Shown here piece after piece: positions 1 through 10,723 of a DNA stretch of 64,000 bases. The notes beneath the pieces were generated by a model that worked only from the letters and a program-made list of their open reading frames with translations, did no database searches and was not told where the DNA came from. Every line of letters starts with the position of its first letter. Position 1 is the stretch's first letter. The stretch comes from an uncultured Clostridia bacterium. GTDB taxonomy: Bacteria; Bacillota; Clostridia; TANB77; CAG-465. The DNA lies in the NCBI GenBank assembly GCA_949106495.1, contig CARYZD010000007.1:44710-108709 (forward strand). The letters run 5' to 3'. The position numbers and the translations under genes were made by a program.

Positions 1-198
1 GATTTTTTAGCAAACGGAGAGGCTGTTTTAGGAGCATTAAGACTATTTGAGAAATCAAATAGTAATCTAGTAGGCGTTGGAATAGTAATTGAAAAATCTT
101 TTCAACCTGGTAGGGATAAATTAAATAATGCTGGCTTAGATGTTTACTCTCTTGCTCAAATATCTAAATTAAGCAAAGGTGTAATAGAATTTAAATAA
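1..198 (+). CDS. xpt: xanthine phosphoribosyltransferase, C-terminal part (5' end outside window)
   Basis: Frame-1 translation ...[64 protein letters not shown] matches the conserved Xpt C-terminus; stop TAA at 196-198. Confidence 0.75.
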   Translation, partial: DFLANGEAVLGALRLFEKSNSNLVGVGIVIEKSFQPGRDKLNNAGLDVYSLAQISKLSKGVIEFK

Positions 199-202
199 AT
201 AA

Positions 203-238
203 TAAAAACAGATACAAAAATATGTATCTGTTTTTATT
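203..238. terminator. bidirectional rho-independent terminator between convergent xpt and argS
   Basis: Inverted repeat cagatacaaaaatatgtatctg flanked by A-run on one side and T-run on the other. Confidence 0.6.
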
Positions 239-239
239 A

Positions 240-1961
240 TTACATTTTTTCAGGACAATCTATACCAAGTATAGATAAACCTTTTTTAATAACTATTGAA
301 GTTGCATATACTAATGTACATCTAACCTCTTTAAGTTTATCATCATCACAATTTGCAACACTACATTCATTATAAAATCTTGAGAACGCAGTCGCAACAT
401 CAATTAAATATCTTGCAAGAATAGATGGTTCATATTCATTTGCAGCTTTTCTTATTATAGCCTCAAATTTTTCTAATTCTTTTATTAGCTCTACTTCTTG
501 TTTTTCTTTTAATAAGTTATATTGAATTTCGTCTTTATTAATATTTTCTATATTAAATCCAACTTTTTCAAGTATTGACTTTGTTCTAACATATGTATAT
601 TGCACATATGGTCCAGTCTCGCCATCAAATCTTAAAGTCTCGTCTAAATCAAATATAATATCTTTATTTTTACCATTTTTTAAATAATTAAATATTAATG
701 CACCAATTCCAATCTTTTTAGATACTTCATCTAAATTTTCAAGTTCTGGATTTTTAGCAAGCATAATTTCTTTTGACTTATTTATTGCATCATTTATTAA
801 ATCATTCACATATATAACATTTCCTTCACGTGTAGACATTTTTCCTGTTTTAAGTCTAATCATACCATATGATACATGAACAAGACCTTTTTGATATTTT
901 TCATCTACAAGATGTTTAGCAACTTCAAATATTTGTTTAAAATGAAGAATTTGTTCTGTTGCTGTTATATATATACATTTTGTAAAATCATATGTTCTTG
1001 CTCTATATAATATAGCTGCTAGGTCACGTGTTGCATATATAGTTGAGCCATTAGATTTAAGCACTATACAAGGTGGCATATTATCTCCAACTTCAACAAC
1101 CTTTGCTCCTTGACTATCTATAAGTACGCTCTTTTTATCTAGTATATCTATTACTTCATCCATTTTATCATTATAAAAGGCTTCTCCATTATATGAGTCA
1201 AATTTACTTCCAAGTAAAGAATAAATTCTATTATACTCTTTAAGTGATACTTCTCTAAAGAATTTCCATAATTTTGTTAGCTCTACATCACCTTCTTCAA
1301 GTTTTTTAAAATTCTCACGAGCTATATTCATTACTTCTTCATCTTCTTTTGCGATTTTATTTATTCTTACATAAATATCAGATAAAGCCTCTAATGGATT
1401 TTCTTCTAAGTTATATTCATCTTTAAATCTTCTATATCCTTCAATTAATATTCCAAACTGTCTTCCCCAATCTCCCAAGTGATTAATTCCTGTAACATTA
1501 TATCCTAAAGTTTCATATAAATCATATAAAGCCTTACCTAAAACTGTATTTCTAAAATGTCCCAAGTGAAATGGCTTTGCTATATTTGGAGATGAATATT
1601 CAACTATAATATTTGTTCCTTCTCCTTCTTTTGATGAGCCATATTCCTCTTTTTCCTCAACAATTTTCATCAAAACATCGTTTACAATATTTTCACTATT
1701 TAAATAGAAATTTAAAAATCCATTTACTACTTCAACTTTAGATATACTATCATCTAAAACAATATTTTCTTTAATTGAATTAGCAATATTTACTGGTGAA
1801 TTTCTTAAAACTTTTGCTAAATTAAAACAAGGATATGCAAAATCCCCATTTTGTTTATCTTTTGGTGTCTCAATTTTTGATTCTATTTCTTCTAATGTTA
1901 TATTTTCATTATTTAAAGCATTATATATGCTTTTTGCTATATTTAATTTTTTCTCTTCCAT
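240..1961 (-). CDS. argS: arginine--tRNA ligase
   Basis: 573 aa; class I HIGH motif (PFHLGHFRNTVLG); length and overall similarity typical of ArgRS; RBS AAAGGTAGGA upstream of ATG. Confidence 0.93.
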   Translation of the reverse strand: MEEKKLNIAKSIYNALNNENITLEEIESKIETPKDKQNGDFAYPCFNLAKVLRNSPVNIANSIKENIVLDDSISKVEVVNGFLNFYLNSENIVNDVLMKIVEEKEEYGSSKEGEGTNIIVEYSSPNIAKPFHLGHFRNTVLGKALYDLYETLGYNVTGINHLGDWGRQFGILIEGYRRFKDEYNLEENPLEALSDIYVRINKIAKEDEEVMNIARENFKKLEEGDVELTKLWKFFREVSLKEYNRIYSLLGSKFDSYNGEAFYNDKMDEVIDILDKKSVLIDSQGAKVVEVGDNMPPCIVLKSNGSTIYATRDLAAILYRARTYDFTKCIYITATEQILHFKQIFEVAKHLVDEKYQKGLVHVSYGMIRLKTGKMSTREGNVIYVNDLINDAINKSKEIMLAKNPELENLDEVSKKIGIGALIFNYLKNGKNKDIIFDLDETLRFDGETGPYVQYTYVRTKSILEKVGFNIENINKDEIQYNLLKEKQEVELIKELEKFEAIIRKAANEYEPSILARYLIDVATAFSRFYNECSVANCDDDKLKEVRCTLVYATSIVIKKGLSILGIDCPEKM

Positions 1962-2078
1962 TATTATATTTCCTACCTTTCATTATGTGTTTTTTATGAT
2001 TAAATATTAAACTAAGTTGGGATTACTCCCATCTACGTCTCCTAACCACATAACTACACAGTATTTTTATATATTCCA

Positions 2079-2396
2079 CTATTTAACAACTCCTTTTGCA
2101 TAGTTTTCTACAATTTTATATATAACTTCCTCGTTATCATCATTTGCAACAATATTTCTTACTTCTGCACCACATTTGTTACATCTATATATAATTACTT
2201 TACCTTTTTTTGATGTATCTATTACATTAATTGGTACAAGTAATCCTTTACATGTATTTGCTCTATCTCCTGGTGTAATATCTACATGTATAGAATGTAA
2301 GCAATGATTACAATGATCTCTTGAAGTATATTTTAGTTTTTCAACTTTCTTGTTACAATTTATACAATTAAATTCATTATCATTTTTTACGAACAT
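2079..2396 (-). CDS. RNHCP zinc-ribbon domain protein
   Basis: RDHCNHC motif plus additional CxxC pairs; start moved to MFVKND because AGGAG lies 7 nt upstream of that ATG. Confidence 0.55.
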   Translation of the reverse strand: MFVKNDNEFNCINCNKKVEKLKYTSRDHCNHCLHSIHVDITPGDRANTCKGLLVPINVIDTSKKGKVIIYRCNKCGAEVRNIVANDDNEEVIYKIVENYAKGVVK

Positions 2397-2526
2397 AAAT
2401 TTACTCCTAATGTTAATATTATACAAGAAAAGTGTCTATATTTCAAGTTATTATGTATATTTTAGCCTTTAAAATTAGTTGCCTAAAAGAAAAAAGAATA
2501 GAACACAAATGTCCTATTCCATAATA

Positions 2527-3204
2527 TTAATCCCTTCTTCTACCAAGTATAGATAATACTCTTAAGAAAATATTAATAAAATCTAAATATAAATCCATTG
2601 CATAGTATACATATAATTTTTCTGTATTTTCAGCAAAATAATCTGGTGTATTTTTTATTTTATTCATATCATATGCTGTTATTCCACAGAATAATATTAA
2701 CATAAACCAATCTAAAACTATATCTACAACTGTATTTCCAATAATTAAGTTAATTATTGACACTACTATTCCAAGTATTAATCCAACTGTAAATATAACA
2801 GATAATTTAGATATATCTTTCTTTGTTTTATATCCATATAATGCAAGTATTCCAAACATTAAAGCAGTAATTCCAAAAGCAATAGAAATTGTAGCCATAT
2901 CAAAAACTGCAAATATTACTCCCATTGTAACACCATTTAATATTGCATATATAAAATATAGTATTGTTACAGCAATTGGTGGAAGTTTTCTAAATGCAAG
3001 CGAAAATACTAGTACAACAACAACTTCAATAATTGCTAAAACTGAATATGAAACACTTGTTGCAATGGTTATATATAATCCTGTTTGATATGTTACAAAT
3101 GCCATTAAAGCTGTTGCAATAAGTCCTAAAAACATTCTAAAAAATGTTTGTACTAAACATTCATTTGTATTATTTGAAGATTCTGTTATAACTTTTTCTT
3201 CCAT
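2527..3204 (-). CDS. Bax-inhibitor-1/YccA-family integral membrane protein
   Basis: ~225 aa with 7 predicted TM helices; start set at MEEKV, preceded by AAAGGAGG. Confidence 0.5.
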   Translation of the reverse strand: MEEKVITESSNNTNECLVQTFFRMFLGLIATALMAFVTYQTGLYITIATSVSYSVLAIIEVVVVLVFSLAFRKLPPIAVTILYFIYAILNGVTMGVIFAVFDMATISIAFGITALMFGILALYGYKTKKDISKLSVIFTVGLILGIVVSIINLIIGNTVVDIVLDWFMLILFCGITAYDMNKIKNTPDYFAENTEKLYVYYAMDLYLDFINIFLRVLSILGRRRD

Positions 3205-3345
3205 ACTATTTTTACCTCCTTTTACTATTATTAATATAATAATATTTTTTAGCAAATATTTCAATATATTTATACTATTATCTTTTTATATAACAAAAAA
3301 CTAGTCAAATAAATGACTAGCTTTTAGTTTTAAAATTTATATATA

Positions 3346-5382
3346 CTATTTTGTTCCAAAAATTCTATCTCCTGCATCTCCAAGTCCTGGAACAATATAT
3401 CCTTTTTCGTTTAATTTTTCATCAAGTGCTGCACAGTATATTTTAACATCTGGATGTTCTTCTTGCATTTTCTTAACTCCTTCTGGAGCAGCTATTAAAC
3501 ATAAGAATTTAATTTTTGTTACTCCTTCTTGTTTTAGTTGTTCTATAGCATCACAACCAGATCCGCCTGTTGCAAGCATTGGGTCAAGTACAAGTACTTC
3601 TCTATTTTTAATATCACTTGGAACTTTAAAGAAATATCTAACTGGTTCTAATGTTTCTTCGTTTCTATACATTCCAATATGTCCAATTTTAGCATTTGGA
3701 ATTACATTAATTAATCCATCAAGCATTCCAGTTCCTGCTCTAAGTATTGGTAAGAAAGCATATTTATCTTCATTTAATCTTTTTGCTACTATCTTTTGAA
3801 TTGGTGTTTCAATTTCAATATCATCAAGTTCTGCCTCTTTCATCGCTTCATAGCATAAAAACATACCAAGTTCACTTACAAGTTCTCTAAATTCTTTAGT
3901 ACCTGTATTTTTATCTCTTAATATAGATAGTTTATGTTCAACTAATGGATGGTCTAATACTACTACCTCTTCTTTTTCCGTTCTATCTTGTTTTTTATTT
4001 TCTTTATTCTTTTTGTTTTTACCTTTTTTGTTTTCTTTACTATCTACTGCAACTTTTAACTCATCTTTTTCAATTTTTGCTTGAGCAACTGTTGTTTCTT
4101 CTACAGCTTCTTCACTATCTTTTGGAAGTAATAGGTTTAAAAGTATACCTACAATTGCTGCTAAACTCATTCCTGATACTGTTACAGTAGCAATATTTAT
4201 AACTGCTCCACCAAGACCAATTACAAGCATACTTGATGCAATTATTACATTTCTTGATTTTGAGAAATCTGTTCTATTTTCAATTAATGTCTTAAGACCA
4301 TTTACTGCTATAAATCCATATAGAAGTAGTGCTACTCCTCCTAGTACAGATGTTGGCATAGTTGAAACTATAGCTGTAAATTTACCTAAGAAACCTAGAC
4401 AAATTGCAAATATTGCAGCAAGTCCAATAACCCAAACTGATGCAATTTTTGTCATACCAACAACTGATGTATTTTCTCCATAAGTTGTATTTGCAGGTCC
4501 TCCTAAAAGTCCAGCAAAAAATGTTGCAACACCATCTCCTAAAAGTGTTCTGTTAAGACCTGGTTCTTTTAATAAGTCTTTTCCAATTATTGTACTAAGT
4601 GCTGTATGGTCCCCTATATGTTCTGCAATTGTTACAAGTGCTATTGGTGCAATTGTAAGTGCTGCTCCAAGTGTTGGAGTATATGAAATAAATGGTACTA
4701 CAAAATCTGGTATACTAAAGAATGCAGCTTCAATCACTGGTGTAAAATCTACTATACCAAGTATTACAGATAATACATAACCTGATACCATACCTACAAG
4801 GAATGGTACAACTTTTAAAAATCCTTTTCCTTTAAGCATTACTAGTGCTGTTACTAAAAAAGTAAATACTCCAACTATTACTCCTTTATAATCCATAGCT
4901 GTAACATCTGCACTAATTCCTATTTCAGATATTGCTGTAGGAGCAAGTCCTAAACCTATAATCATAATCATTGGTCCAATTACTATTGGTGGTAATAATT
5001 TCTTTAGCCATTCTTTTCCTAAAAAACTAATTATTATTGCAACGACAATATAAATTAAACCTACAAGCATAACTCCTGTCATTGCTCCACCAATTCCTGC
5101 TTTTGCAGCTCCAACCGCTATAGGTGTAATAAATGCAAAAGAACTACCAAGATATACTGGTGATTTTCCTTTTGTACATAATATATAAATTAATGTTCCT
5201 ATTCCAGAAGTAACAAGTGCTACTGGTATTGTAAGTACTGTTTCTCCCGCAGTACTATTTACTAAAATTGGTACAAGTATTGTTGCTCCAAACATTGCAA
5301 ATACATGTTGTAAAGCAAGAATAATCCATTTTAGTACTGGTGGTTTTTCATTAACATCTAATGTTAATTTTGCCTCCTTCAT
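3346..5382 (-). CDS. pyrP-upp: uracil permease (NCS2/UraA-PyrP family) fused in frame to uracil phosphoribosyltransferase
   Basis: N-terminal ~430 aa align throughout with UraA (LQHxFAMFGATxLVP, GSSFAFIxP, TTYGEN). A K/E-rich linker follows. The C-terminal ~210 aa are canonical UPRT ([29 protein letters not shown] ... DPMLATGGS). There is no stop, RBS or start codon between the two domains. Confidence 0.85.
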   Translation of the reverse strand: MKEAKLTLDVNEKPPVLKWIILALQHVFAMFGATILVPILVNSTAGETVLTIPVALVTSGIGTLIYILCTKGKSPVYLGSSFAFITPIAVGAAKAGIGGAMTGVMLVGLIYIVVAIIISFLGKEWLKKLLPPIVIGPMIMIIGLGLAPTAISEIGISADVTAMDYKGVIVGVFTFLVTALVMLKGKGFLKVVPFLVGMVSGYVLSVILGIVDFTPVIEAAFFSIPDFVVPFISYTPTLGAALTIAPIALVTIAEHIGDHTALSTIIGKDLLKEPGLNRTLLGDGVATFFAGLLGGPANTTYGENTSVVGMTKIASVWVIGLAAIFAICLGFLGKFTAIVSTMPTSVLGGVALLLYGFIAVNGLKTLIENRTDFSKSRNVIIASSMLVIGLGGAVINIATVTVSGMSLAAIVGILLNLLLPKDSEEAVEETTVAQAKIEKDELKVAVDSKENKKGKNKKNKENKKQDRTEKEEVVVLDHPLVEHKLSILRDKNTGTKEFRELVSELGMFLCYEAMKEAELDDIEIETPIQKIVAKRLNEDKYAFLPILRAGTGMLDGLINVIPNAKIGHIGMYRNEETLEPVRYFFKVPSDIKNREVLVLDPMLATGGSGCDAIEQLKQEGVTKIKFLCLIAAPEGVKKMQEEHPDVKIYCAALDEKLNEKGYIVPGLGDAGDRIFGTK

Positions 5383-5417
5383 AAAAAACTCCTCCTTAAA
5401 AATAAAAATATATAAAA

Positions 5418-5450
5418 AACACTTAATATTAATAATTAATATTAAGTGTT
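5418..5450 (-). terminator. near-perfect palindromic hairpin plus T-tract in the pyrP-upp leader (candidate attenuator)
   Basis: aacacttaatattaat|aattaatattaagtgtt followed on the minus strand by tttttatatatttttatt, ending ~35 nt upstream of the pyrP-upp ATG. Confidence 0.5.
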
Positions 5451-5578
5451 CTTTTCAAAAATAATATATAATCAAATAAAATATTGATAGCTGATGATAA
5501 TGGGGCAAAAACTGAAAGTAAACATTGTCTACTTTTTCTAATAACATATACCATTTTTTCATACATATTATTTGACAT
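5429..5578 (-). CDS. candidate leader peptide (49 aa) whose stop codon lies inside the terminator hairpin
   Basis: ATG preceded by GGGTGAGAAAA; [18 protein letters not shown]...KRTLNINY* ends with TAA at 5429-5431 within the second arm of the hairpin. Speculative. Confidence 0.3.
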   Translation of the reverse strand: MSNNMYEKMVYVIRKSRQCLLSVFAPLSSAINILFDYILFLKRTLNINY

Positions 5579-5634
5579 TTTTCTCACCCTGCTCAATACT
5601 ATACAACAAATATTTATATTTTGCAAGCTTTATT

Positions 5635-6198
5635 TTATAATTTATTAAATTTTTTTAATCTATTTCTTATAACATATTCTGGTACTTTAAAATATTGACT
5701 CATAAAATAACTATTATTATGTTTTAGATTTATTTGCTTTTTCAATAAATTATCTGGTATTAATATATTTTCTGCAAGTTTAATTGCTATTTTAAATTCA
5801 TTTTCTTTAGTTTCTTCAAAAATTGCATAAAATTGACTCTTTTCATCATTTGAATTTAATAAATAATATGATATACATACAGCAAGTACATATCGTCTCT
5901 CATAAAAATTATATAAACTATTTAAAATTACAGCTTTATATTTTTCAAACTTCCTATATACGCTACTACCAGATGAAATATAGCCTTTATATTCTGGATT
6001 TTCTAAAAGCTTTTGTCCTCCTACAACAAATCCTAATTTTTCAGAAAGTACAGTAATATCTACTATCTTATTCTTAAATCCATAAGCGCTTAGAATTTTA
6101 TTTGCAATTTTAGGTATTTCTTCTTCCGATTTAATGTTATAAATTTCATCTATCAATTTTTCTTTATAGCTTTCTATACTTATAATTTTATTTTTCAT
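5635..6198 (-). CDS. ImmA/IrrE (DUF955)-like protein lacking the HEXXH catalytic motif
   Basis: Architecture matches the ImmA/IrrE metallopeptidase fold (ENEFKIAIKLAENILIP resembles the E-x-E-A-N-x-F-A region), but the position of HELGH reads AVCISYY. Confidence 0.4.
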   Translation of the reverse strand: MKNKIISIESYKEKLIDEIYNIKSEEEIPKIANKILSAYGFKNKIVDITVLSEKLGFVVGGQKLLENPEYKGYISSGSSVYRKFEKYKAVILNSLYNFYERRYVLAVCISYYLLNSNDEKSQFYAIFEETKENEFKIAIKLAENILIPDNLLKKQINLKHNNSYFMSQYFKVPEYVIRNRLKKFNKL

Positions 6199-6317
6199 AA
6201 CCCATCCCTCCTTTAATTAAAGTTAGTTTTCTAAAAATGTATTAACACTGTCTTTTAATTATATTTATATAGATGAATTATACTATAGTGATTTAATTAT
6301 GTCAAATTAAATTCAAA

Positions 6318-6346
6318 AAAGCAACTAGAATTATCTTTCTAGTTGC
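6318..6346 (-). terminator. rho-independent terminator downstream of the TGS/kinase gene
   Basis: gcaactagaaagataattctagttgc followed by T-run on minus strand. Confidence 0.55.
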
Positions 6347-6364
6347 CTCTTTATTTTATATATA

Positions 6365-8008
6365 TTATCTATTAAAGCATCCATTTCCAATAAATTCTCT
6401 AATTAATGAATCAATTGGAACATTTGATGTTTCCATTGGAAGAAAGTTATTTAAATACTCATATAATCTTCTTGCCTCTGCATAGTATTTACTTGTTTTA
6501 TCTAATTGTAATAATAATGGTTGAGCAAATGTTTTCATAACAGCTGGTTCATAAATTATACTTGAGTTAAATATATTATCTACATCTTCTATATATGGAA
6601 AGATGTATTTTTCTTCACCTTTTTTTACATTACCCCATAACTCAAATGTTTTTTCAACGCTATGTCCACGAGTAGCAAAATCTCTTACCATACGTCTTAA
6701 AAATCTTGTATCAGATGAAGATACTTTAGTATATCCATCTATATTTAAAGTTGTAATTGGAGCAATGTATATTTTATATTTATTTTTAGCAGGTGTAAAC
6801 TTAGTAAGTATTGGATTTAATGCATGTATTCCTTCTACTACTAATACATCTTTAGGTTTTAATGATAAATATTTGCCATTATATTTTTTAGTTCCTACTA
6901 CAAAATCAAATTCAGGAAGTTCTACTGTCTCACCTTCAATTAATTTTTCCATATGACTATTAAATAGTTCTATATCTAAAGCATCTACTGTTTCAAAGTC
7001 ATATTTACCATCTGGACCAAGTGGTGTATCTTGTCTTTCCTTAAAGTAATTATCCATAGAAATAGTAATTGGATTATATCCTGTAAGTCTTAGTTGTACT
7101 CCAAGTTGTTGAGCAAATGTAGTCTTTCCAGATGAAGAAGGTCCTGCAATTAAAATTAGTTTAATATCTTTCTTTTTCTCTATATCTTGAACTATTTCAA
7201 CAATTTTTCTTTGATGTATTGCTTCTGATACTTGTATCATATCTATCATATCATTTTTAAGTATTTTTTCATTTAATGAACCTATATTATCTATATTTAA
7301 TATCTTTTTAAATTTATAAAATTCTTCTACTGCATCAATTAGTCTTGAATCTTCAGCTTTAGGCATGGTTGAATTAACATCTTTAGTTACAAGCAAAGCT
7401 CCATCTCTAAATGGTATAAGATTAAATACGTCTAAATATCCTGTATGTGGAACAAGTACTCCATAAAAGTTATTATAATATCCATTACAAAAATACATAT
7501 TAGTATAAGCTTTTATTCTATTTGCCATATTTTGAATTTTATCTATATCTCCAGATTCTTTATAATATTCTGTTGCTTCATCTACACTAATTGTTCTTTT
7601 TTCAATTGGATAATTAGAGTCTATTATATCTTGCATTTTAGCTTTTATATCTGCTATTTTCTTATCTGTTAGTTTTAAGTCTGGCATAATAAAATATTGA
7701 TTTCTATTTATTGTTGCTTGAAAATCTACTTTTTGTGGTCCATAAAGCTCTGTTATTGCCATATATAATACCATTTTTAAACTTTTGGAATATACTCTAT
7801 ATCCATCTGCTGAATCTATTTTTACAAATCTAATTTCAGAATCTCTAACAAGTTCGTATTTTTGAAATTTAACTTCATTATTTACTGTAAGTGCTAATAT
7901 ATCCTCTACGTTGTCTTCTACCATTTTTACAGCATCAATTGCTGTAGTTCTATATGGAACAGCAATCTCTCTTCCATCTTCAAATTTAACTATAATTTTT
8001 TCTTTCAT
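6365..8008 (-). CDS. TGS-domain / uridine-kinase-family nucleoside kinase
   Basis: 547 aa; N-terminal ThrRS-like TGS region; C-terminal P-loop kinase (IAGPSSSGKTT) of uridine/cytidine kinase type. Confidence 0.75.
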   Translation of the reverse strand: MKEKIIVKFEDGREIAVPYRTTAIDAVKMVEDNVEDILALTVNNEVKFQKYELVRDSEIRFVKIDSADGYRVYSKSLKMVLYMAITELYGPQKVDFQATINRNQYFIMPDLKLTDKKIADIKAKMQDIIDSNYPIEKRTISVDEATEYYKESGDIDKIQNMANRIKAYTNMYFCNGYYNNFYGVLVPHTGYLDVFNLIPFRDGALLVTKDVNSTMPKAEDSRLIDAVEEFYKFKKILNIDNIGSLNEKILKNDMIDMIQVSEAIHQRKIVEIVQDIEKKKDIKLILIAGPSSSGKTTFAQQLGVQLRLTGYNPITISMDNYFKERQDTPLGPDGKYDFETVDALDIELFNSHMEKLIEGETVELPEFDFVVGTKKYNGKYLSLKPKDVLVVEGIHALNPILTKFTPAKNKYKIYIAPITTLNIDGYTKVSSSDTRFLRRMVRDFATRGHSVEKTFELWGNVKKGEEKYIFPYIEDVDNIFNSSIIYEPAVMKTFAQPLLLQLDKTSKYYAEARRLYEYLNNFLPMETSNVPIDSLIREFIGNGCFNR

Positions 8009-8071
8009 ATAATCTACCTCTCTTAAGTATTAACCCTTATATATAATTTTAATATTAAATTTAAAAAATGT

Positions 8072-9376
8072 CTATTTTTTCTTTAAATTATCTAAAAAAA
8101 CTTTTATAAATTCTTCATTATTTTTAGTTTTAGTTAGAATATTTGTAATTTTTTCTACCATTTCAACATTATTTGATTGAGAAAGTAGTCTTCTAATATA
8201 TATAGAAGTTTCTTGTTCTTTAGCCTTAAATAATAAATCTTCACGTCTAGTACTTGATTTATATATATCTATTGCAGGATATATTCTCTTTTCAGATAAT
8301 TTTCTATCTAAGAATACTTCCATATTACCTGTACCTTTAAACTCTTCAAATATCATATCATCCATTCTACTACCTGTCTCTACAAGTGTTGTTGCAAGAA
8401 TAGTTAAACTTCCACCATTTTCAATATTTCTTGCTGCTCCAAAGAATTTTTTAGGAAAATATAATGATGCAGGGTCTAAACCACCAGATAATGTTTTTCC
8501 ACTAGGTTCAACTTCTAAATTACTTGCCCTTGTAAGTCTTGTTAAACTATCTAGTAAAATAACAACATCTTTATTATGTTCAACAAGTCTTTTAGCTCTT
8601 TCAATTACCATTTTAGAAACCTTTATATGATGTTCTGGTGATTCATCAAAAGTTGAATGAATTACCTCTGCATCAATTGAACGTTCTATATCTGTTACTT
8701 CTTCTGGTCTTTCATCTATTAGAAGCACCATAAGTTTAACTTCTGGATTATTTTTAAGTATTCCATTTGCTATTTGTTTTAAAAGTGTTGTCTTACCTGC
8801 CTTAGGTTGTGCAACAATAAGTCCACGTTGTCCCTTTCCAATAGGAGCAAGTAAATCTATTATTCTTGTAGAATACTCTTTAGCATCAGTTTCAAGTCTT
8901 AATCTTTCGCATGGATATATAGGAATTAATGTTTCAAAAGCTCTTCTTTTTAAGGCAACTTCCATTCTATCATCATTTATTGTATCAACATAAATTAATG
9001 ATGGAAATTTATTTTGCGGATCAGTTGTAAATCTTGCTATACCTTTTAATTTATCTCCTGTAGCAAGTTTAAATCTTCTTATTTGAACAGCTGATACATA
9101 TACATCTTTATTTCCAGGTAAATAATTATCACTTCTTAAAAATCCGTATCCATCTGGCATAACCTCAAGAATCCCTTCTGTTATATAATCTGTTTCTGGA
9201 TTTTCAATTTGTATATTTACCTTTTCATCAATCTCATTATTTGCTTCTAAATTTCTAATTATTTCTTCAACTAAAAACTCTTTTTTCAATCTTTCATACC
9301 CATCTAACTTTAAATTTTCAGCTATTGTTCTAAGTTCTGTTAAAGTAGAACTTTTTAAATTTTCTTTTGTATACAT
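8072..9376 (-). CDS. rho: transcription termination factor Rho
   Basis: 434 aa; N-terminal RNA-binding region; Walker A GKTTLLKQIANGI; RecA-like core typical of Rho. Confidence 0.95.
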   Translation of the reverse strand: MYTKENLKSSTLTELRTIAENLKLDGYERLKKEFLVEEIIRNLEANNEIDEKVNIQIENPETDYITEGILEVMPDGYGFLRSDNYLPGNKDVYVSAVQIRRFKLATGDKLKGIARFTTDPQNKFPSLIYVDTINDDRMEVALKRRAFETLIPIYPCERLRLETDAKEYSTRIIDLLAPIGKGQRGLIVAQPKAGKTTLLKQIANGILKNNPEVKLMVLLIDERPEEVTDIERSIDAEVIHSTFDESPEHHIKVSKMVIERAKRLVEHNKDVVILLDSLTRLTRASNLEVEPSGKTLSGGLDPASLYFPKKFFGAARNIENGGSLTILATTLVETGSRMDDMIFEEFKGTGNMEVFLDRKLSEKRIYPAIDIYKSSTRREDLLFKAKEQETSIYIRRLLSQSNNVEMVEKITNILTKTKNNEEFIKVFLDNLKKK

Positions 9377-9389
9377 ACTTTCCTCCTTT

Positions 9390-10723
9390 TTAGATTATTT
9401 TTGCAAACAAATCATAATCATTATAATCTATAATTTTAACTTGTGTATAATCTCCAACTATAATTTTTGATGCACTTTCATCATCTATTTTTATATATAT
9501 TCTTCCATCAACGTCTGGTGCCTCAAGCATTGACCTACATACAAAAAATTCTTCATTTTCTGATATATCTTCAACTATAACTTCATATTCTTTTCCAAGT
9601 CTTGATTTATTTTTTTCAAGCGATATTTTCTTTTGAACATCAAAAAGTTTTTTCAATCTTTTTTCTTTCAATTCTTCATCAATTTGATTTTCAAAATCAT
9701 AGCTTGCTGTATCTTCTTCTCTTGAATATGTAAAAGCACCAAGTCTATCAAACTGTAATTCTTTTATTCCATCAATTAACTCTTCAAACTGCTCTTTAGT
9801 CTCTCCTGGAAATCCTACAATACAAGTTGTTCTTAATATTGCATCTGGAACTAATTCTCTTATCCTTTTAATTCTATCGTATATAATTTCTTTTGTATCA
9901 TGTCTATTCATATCCTTTAGCATTTTATCATTTAAATGTTGTATTGGAATATCAAAATAACTACATACTTTATCATTTTTAGCAATTTCTTCAATAAGTT
10001 CATCAGTTGTTTCAAATAGATACATGTATAAAATTCTAATCCATTTTACTCCCTCTATTTTAGACATTTTTTGTAATAATTCTGCAAGTTTTAATTCACC
10101 ATAAATATCTAGTCCATATTTAGATGTATCTTGTGATATAATACAAAATTCTTTAATTCCTTTTTTAGCAAGATCTTCTACTTCCTTTAAAATATCTTCC
10201 ATTTGTCTACTTTTAAATGCGCCTCTAATTAAAGGAATAGCACAATAACTACATTTATTGTCACAACCATCTGATATTCTTATATATGCAAGTGGATAAG
10301 TTGATGAAATAACTCTATTATTAAAGTCTAATTTTTGATTAAATTTATATTGATTAAAGGCTTTTTTCTGACTAAAAAAGTTTGATAAAATTTCAGGAAG
10401 ATTATTATACTCATCTACACCAATAACAAGGTCTACTTCAGGCATAGATTCTATAATTTGTTTTTTATATCTTTTTGCCAAACATCCTGTTACTATTAAT
10501 ACTTTACAGTTTCCTACTTCTTTATAATCTGCCATTTCAAGTATTGTATCTATGGCTTCTTCCTTTGCAGATTCTATAAATCCACATGTATTTACAACTA
10601 TTATATCTGCTTCTTCTACTTGATTTACTATGTTAAATCCTTGAGTTTTAAATACACCAAGAATCATTTCACTATCTACTTGATTTTTAGTGCATCCTAA
10701 AGTTACAAGTCCAACATTCATAT
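9390..10723 (-). CDS. rimO: ribosomal protein S12 methylthiotransferase
   Basis: MTTase N-domain (VGLVTLGCTKNQVDSE), radical-SAM CxxxCxxC (CDNKCSYC), C-terminal TRAM; start set at MNVGL with AGGAGGA RBS. Confidence 0.88.

Noticed and set aside
1962-2078. Possible T-box or other riboswitch upstream of argS.
   Set aside because: The spacer is only ~117 bp and lacks the AGGGTGGNACCGCG T-box sequence. Only a 4-bp GGGA/TCCC mini-hairpin is present, so no leader RNA is called.
3945-4190. Plus-strand ORFs of 60-165 aa lying inside long minus-strand genes. Coordinates given are one example (81-aa L/F-rich ORF); others include 6603-6956, 15343-15564, 41170-41667, 58167-58493 and 60998-61297.
   Set aside because: They are antisense to well-supported CDSs, low-complexity (L/F/S/I-rich, from A/T-rich or K/E-rich sense codons), and lack RBSs. 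These are typical shadow ORFs.
5429-5626. 65-aa ORF called in the six-frame track as a gene.
   Set aside because: Its first 16 codons lack an RBS. Only the internal 49-aa version has a Shine-Dalgarno, and even that is reported solely as a candidate leader peptide.
5383-5634. PyrR-type attenuator for pyrP-upp.
   Set aside because: No PyrR binding-loop consensus is visible. The hairpin architecture is better explained by a leader-peptide/terminator arrangement, reported above as a hypothesis.
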